A stretch of DNA of 64,000 bases from a virus. Below are positions 63,178 through 64,000 of this stretch, piece by piece. The position numbers and the translations under genes are program-made. How positions within the stretch are numbered: position 1 is the stretch's first letter; each line of letters begins with the position of its first letter. A model generated the notes under the pieces. The model was given only the letters and a program-made list of their open reading frames with translations. It was not told the DNA's origin and did not search any database. The stretch covers positions 64,001 to 128,000 of the IMG/VR virus record IMGVR_UViG_3300044730_002015, one strand, 5' to 3'.

Positions 63178-64000
63178 CTAGCGTAAACCAGCGATTCTTT
63201 GCGCCATTGCGGCGTACATCTTTGTATCACGCTCGATCAATATAGATCTGCGTCCTTGATTGTGTGCGGCCACACCAGTGGATCCCGATCCAGCAAAGGT
63301 ATCTAGCACTGTGTCACCGGGGCGACTTAGCAAGGCCACAAAGTATTCCAATATTTCTGTGGGCTTTTGTGTAGGATGTATCTTGTCTCGGCCTAGTCCA
63401 CCACTGTAAGTCAAGGTATTGGGTATCACACACTCCACTATGTCATCTTTGCGTTTGCGGCTGTCTAACATGGTCTGTGCCTGCTCTTCGGCCATGGCCA
63501 TGATCTGGGACAAGGCGTAAGTGGGATGATCTTTGATCAGTTTGTATACTATGCTAGAAACTTTGTCGGCTCTAGCATAACGCTCAACGATACTGTGTTC
63601 TTCGGCATCGGCATTGAAGATTCTGGTGCCGCCGGGCTTGATACCAAACAGCACATACTCACAGGCACTCACAGGATTCACTCGGCGATTGAAAGGAACT
63701 GCAGCGGGCTTTTTCCAAGTCCATACTCGCTTGGGTTCAAATCCCTGTGCTTCCATGATCTTCCAAAGATGTGAAATATACTGATCAGAAATGAACACAG
63801 CAAAGGCTCCACCTTTTCGTAGTTTGCTGTGCCATACACCGGCCCAGGATTCCATTTGCTGTAAGAATTCTTCGTGACTCACGCTGTCCCAATCCTGCTC
63901 AAAACTTTCACTGAAACGCTGGCTGTGTATGGTATTTTTGTTTTGACCAGTTTCAGGATCAATCCACTCAGGTTTGGCGCCACCATCACTGATGTTGTAC
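63178..64000 (-). CDS. DNA N6-adenine/N4-cytosine methyltransferase (beta class), 5' end outside window
   Basis: Frame open to the window end (..YNISDGGAKPEW..); HPTQKP and LDTFAGSGSTG. Confidence 0.9.
   Translation of the reverse strand, partial: YNISDGGAKPEWIDPETGQNKNTIHSQRFSESFEQDWDSVSHEEFLQQMESWAGVWHSKLRKGGAFAVFISDQYISHLWKIMEAQGFEPKRVWTWKKPAAVPFNRRVNPVSACEYVLFGIKPGGTRIFNADAEEHSIVERYARADKVSSIVYKLIKDHPTYALSQIMAMAEEQAQTMLDSRKRKDDIVECVIPNTLTYSGGLGRDKIHPTQKPTEILEYFVALLSRPGDTVLDTFAGSGSTGVAAHNQGRRSILIERDTKMYAAMAQRIAGLR

Noticed and set aside
87-63774. Numerous plus-strand ORFs (MLPVVVILP..-type) in the track
   Set aside because: Antisense shadows of repetitive GNIT/ANV codons; they lie opposite coherent minus-strand genes and show no family motifs
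1-64000. Stop-codon recoding as in some large phages
   Set aside because: TAA, TAG and TGA all end genes at sensible coupled junctions, and coding density is complete in code 11
45710-64000. tRNA or structured ncRNA genes
   Set aside because: Gaps are short and explained by promoters, hairpins or micro-ORFs; no cloverleaf recognised by eye

Overview
Segment of a large lytic tailed-phage genome, T4-superfamily/jumbo-myophage style. Host is probably a proteobacterium (inference from ErpA, IF-1 and sigma70-type promoters). Every credible gene is on the minus strand in standard code 11; the plus-strand ORFs in the track are antisense shadows. Region 1-45.7 kb is a late structural module: giant Asn/Thr/Gly-rich fibre proteins built from YxNxNVAxYL and (Y/F)(F/I/L)GNGxxLTG repeats, including a >3291-aa ORF (1..9875) missing from the ORF track, an Ig-repeat protein, two glycine-rich adhesin-like proteins and a subtilase whose propeptide-like part is a separate ORF. 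Region 45.7-64 kb is accessory: ErpA, Fe/Mn SOD, IF-1, metallophosphoesterase, Bax-inhibitor-1/YccA, two DNA MTases, B12-type radical SAM, ROK kinase, 2OG-Fe(II) oxygenase, GGCT, a SWIM protein and many micro-ORFs. It carries about ten sigma70-like early promoters and T4-like TAA(A/G)TA late boxes. Most notable: (i) five adjacent fibre genes share terminal domains in an alternating N/C daisy chain; (ii) late boxes sit inside hairpins that occlude the RBS or start codon; (iii) repeated leaderless-mRNA geometry beside a phage IF-1; (iv) the split subtilase; (v) a probably late-expressed radical SAM / ROK / 2OG oxygenase set. All functional calls come from motif recognition by eye; no searches were run.
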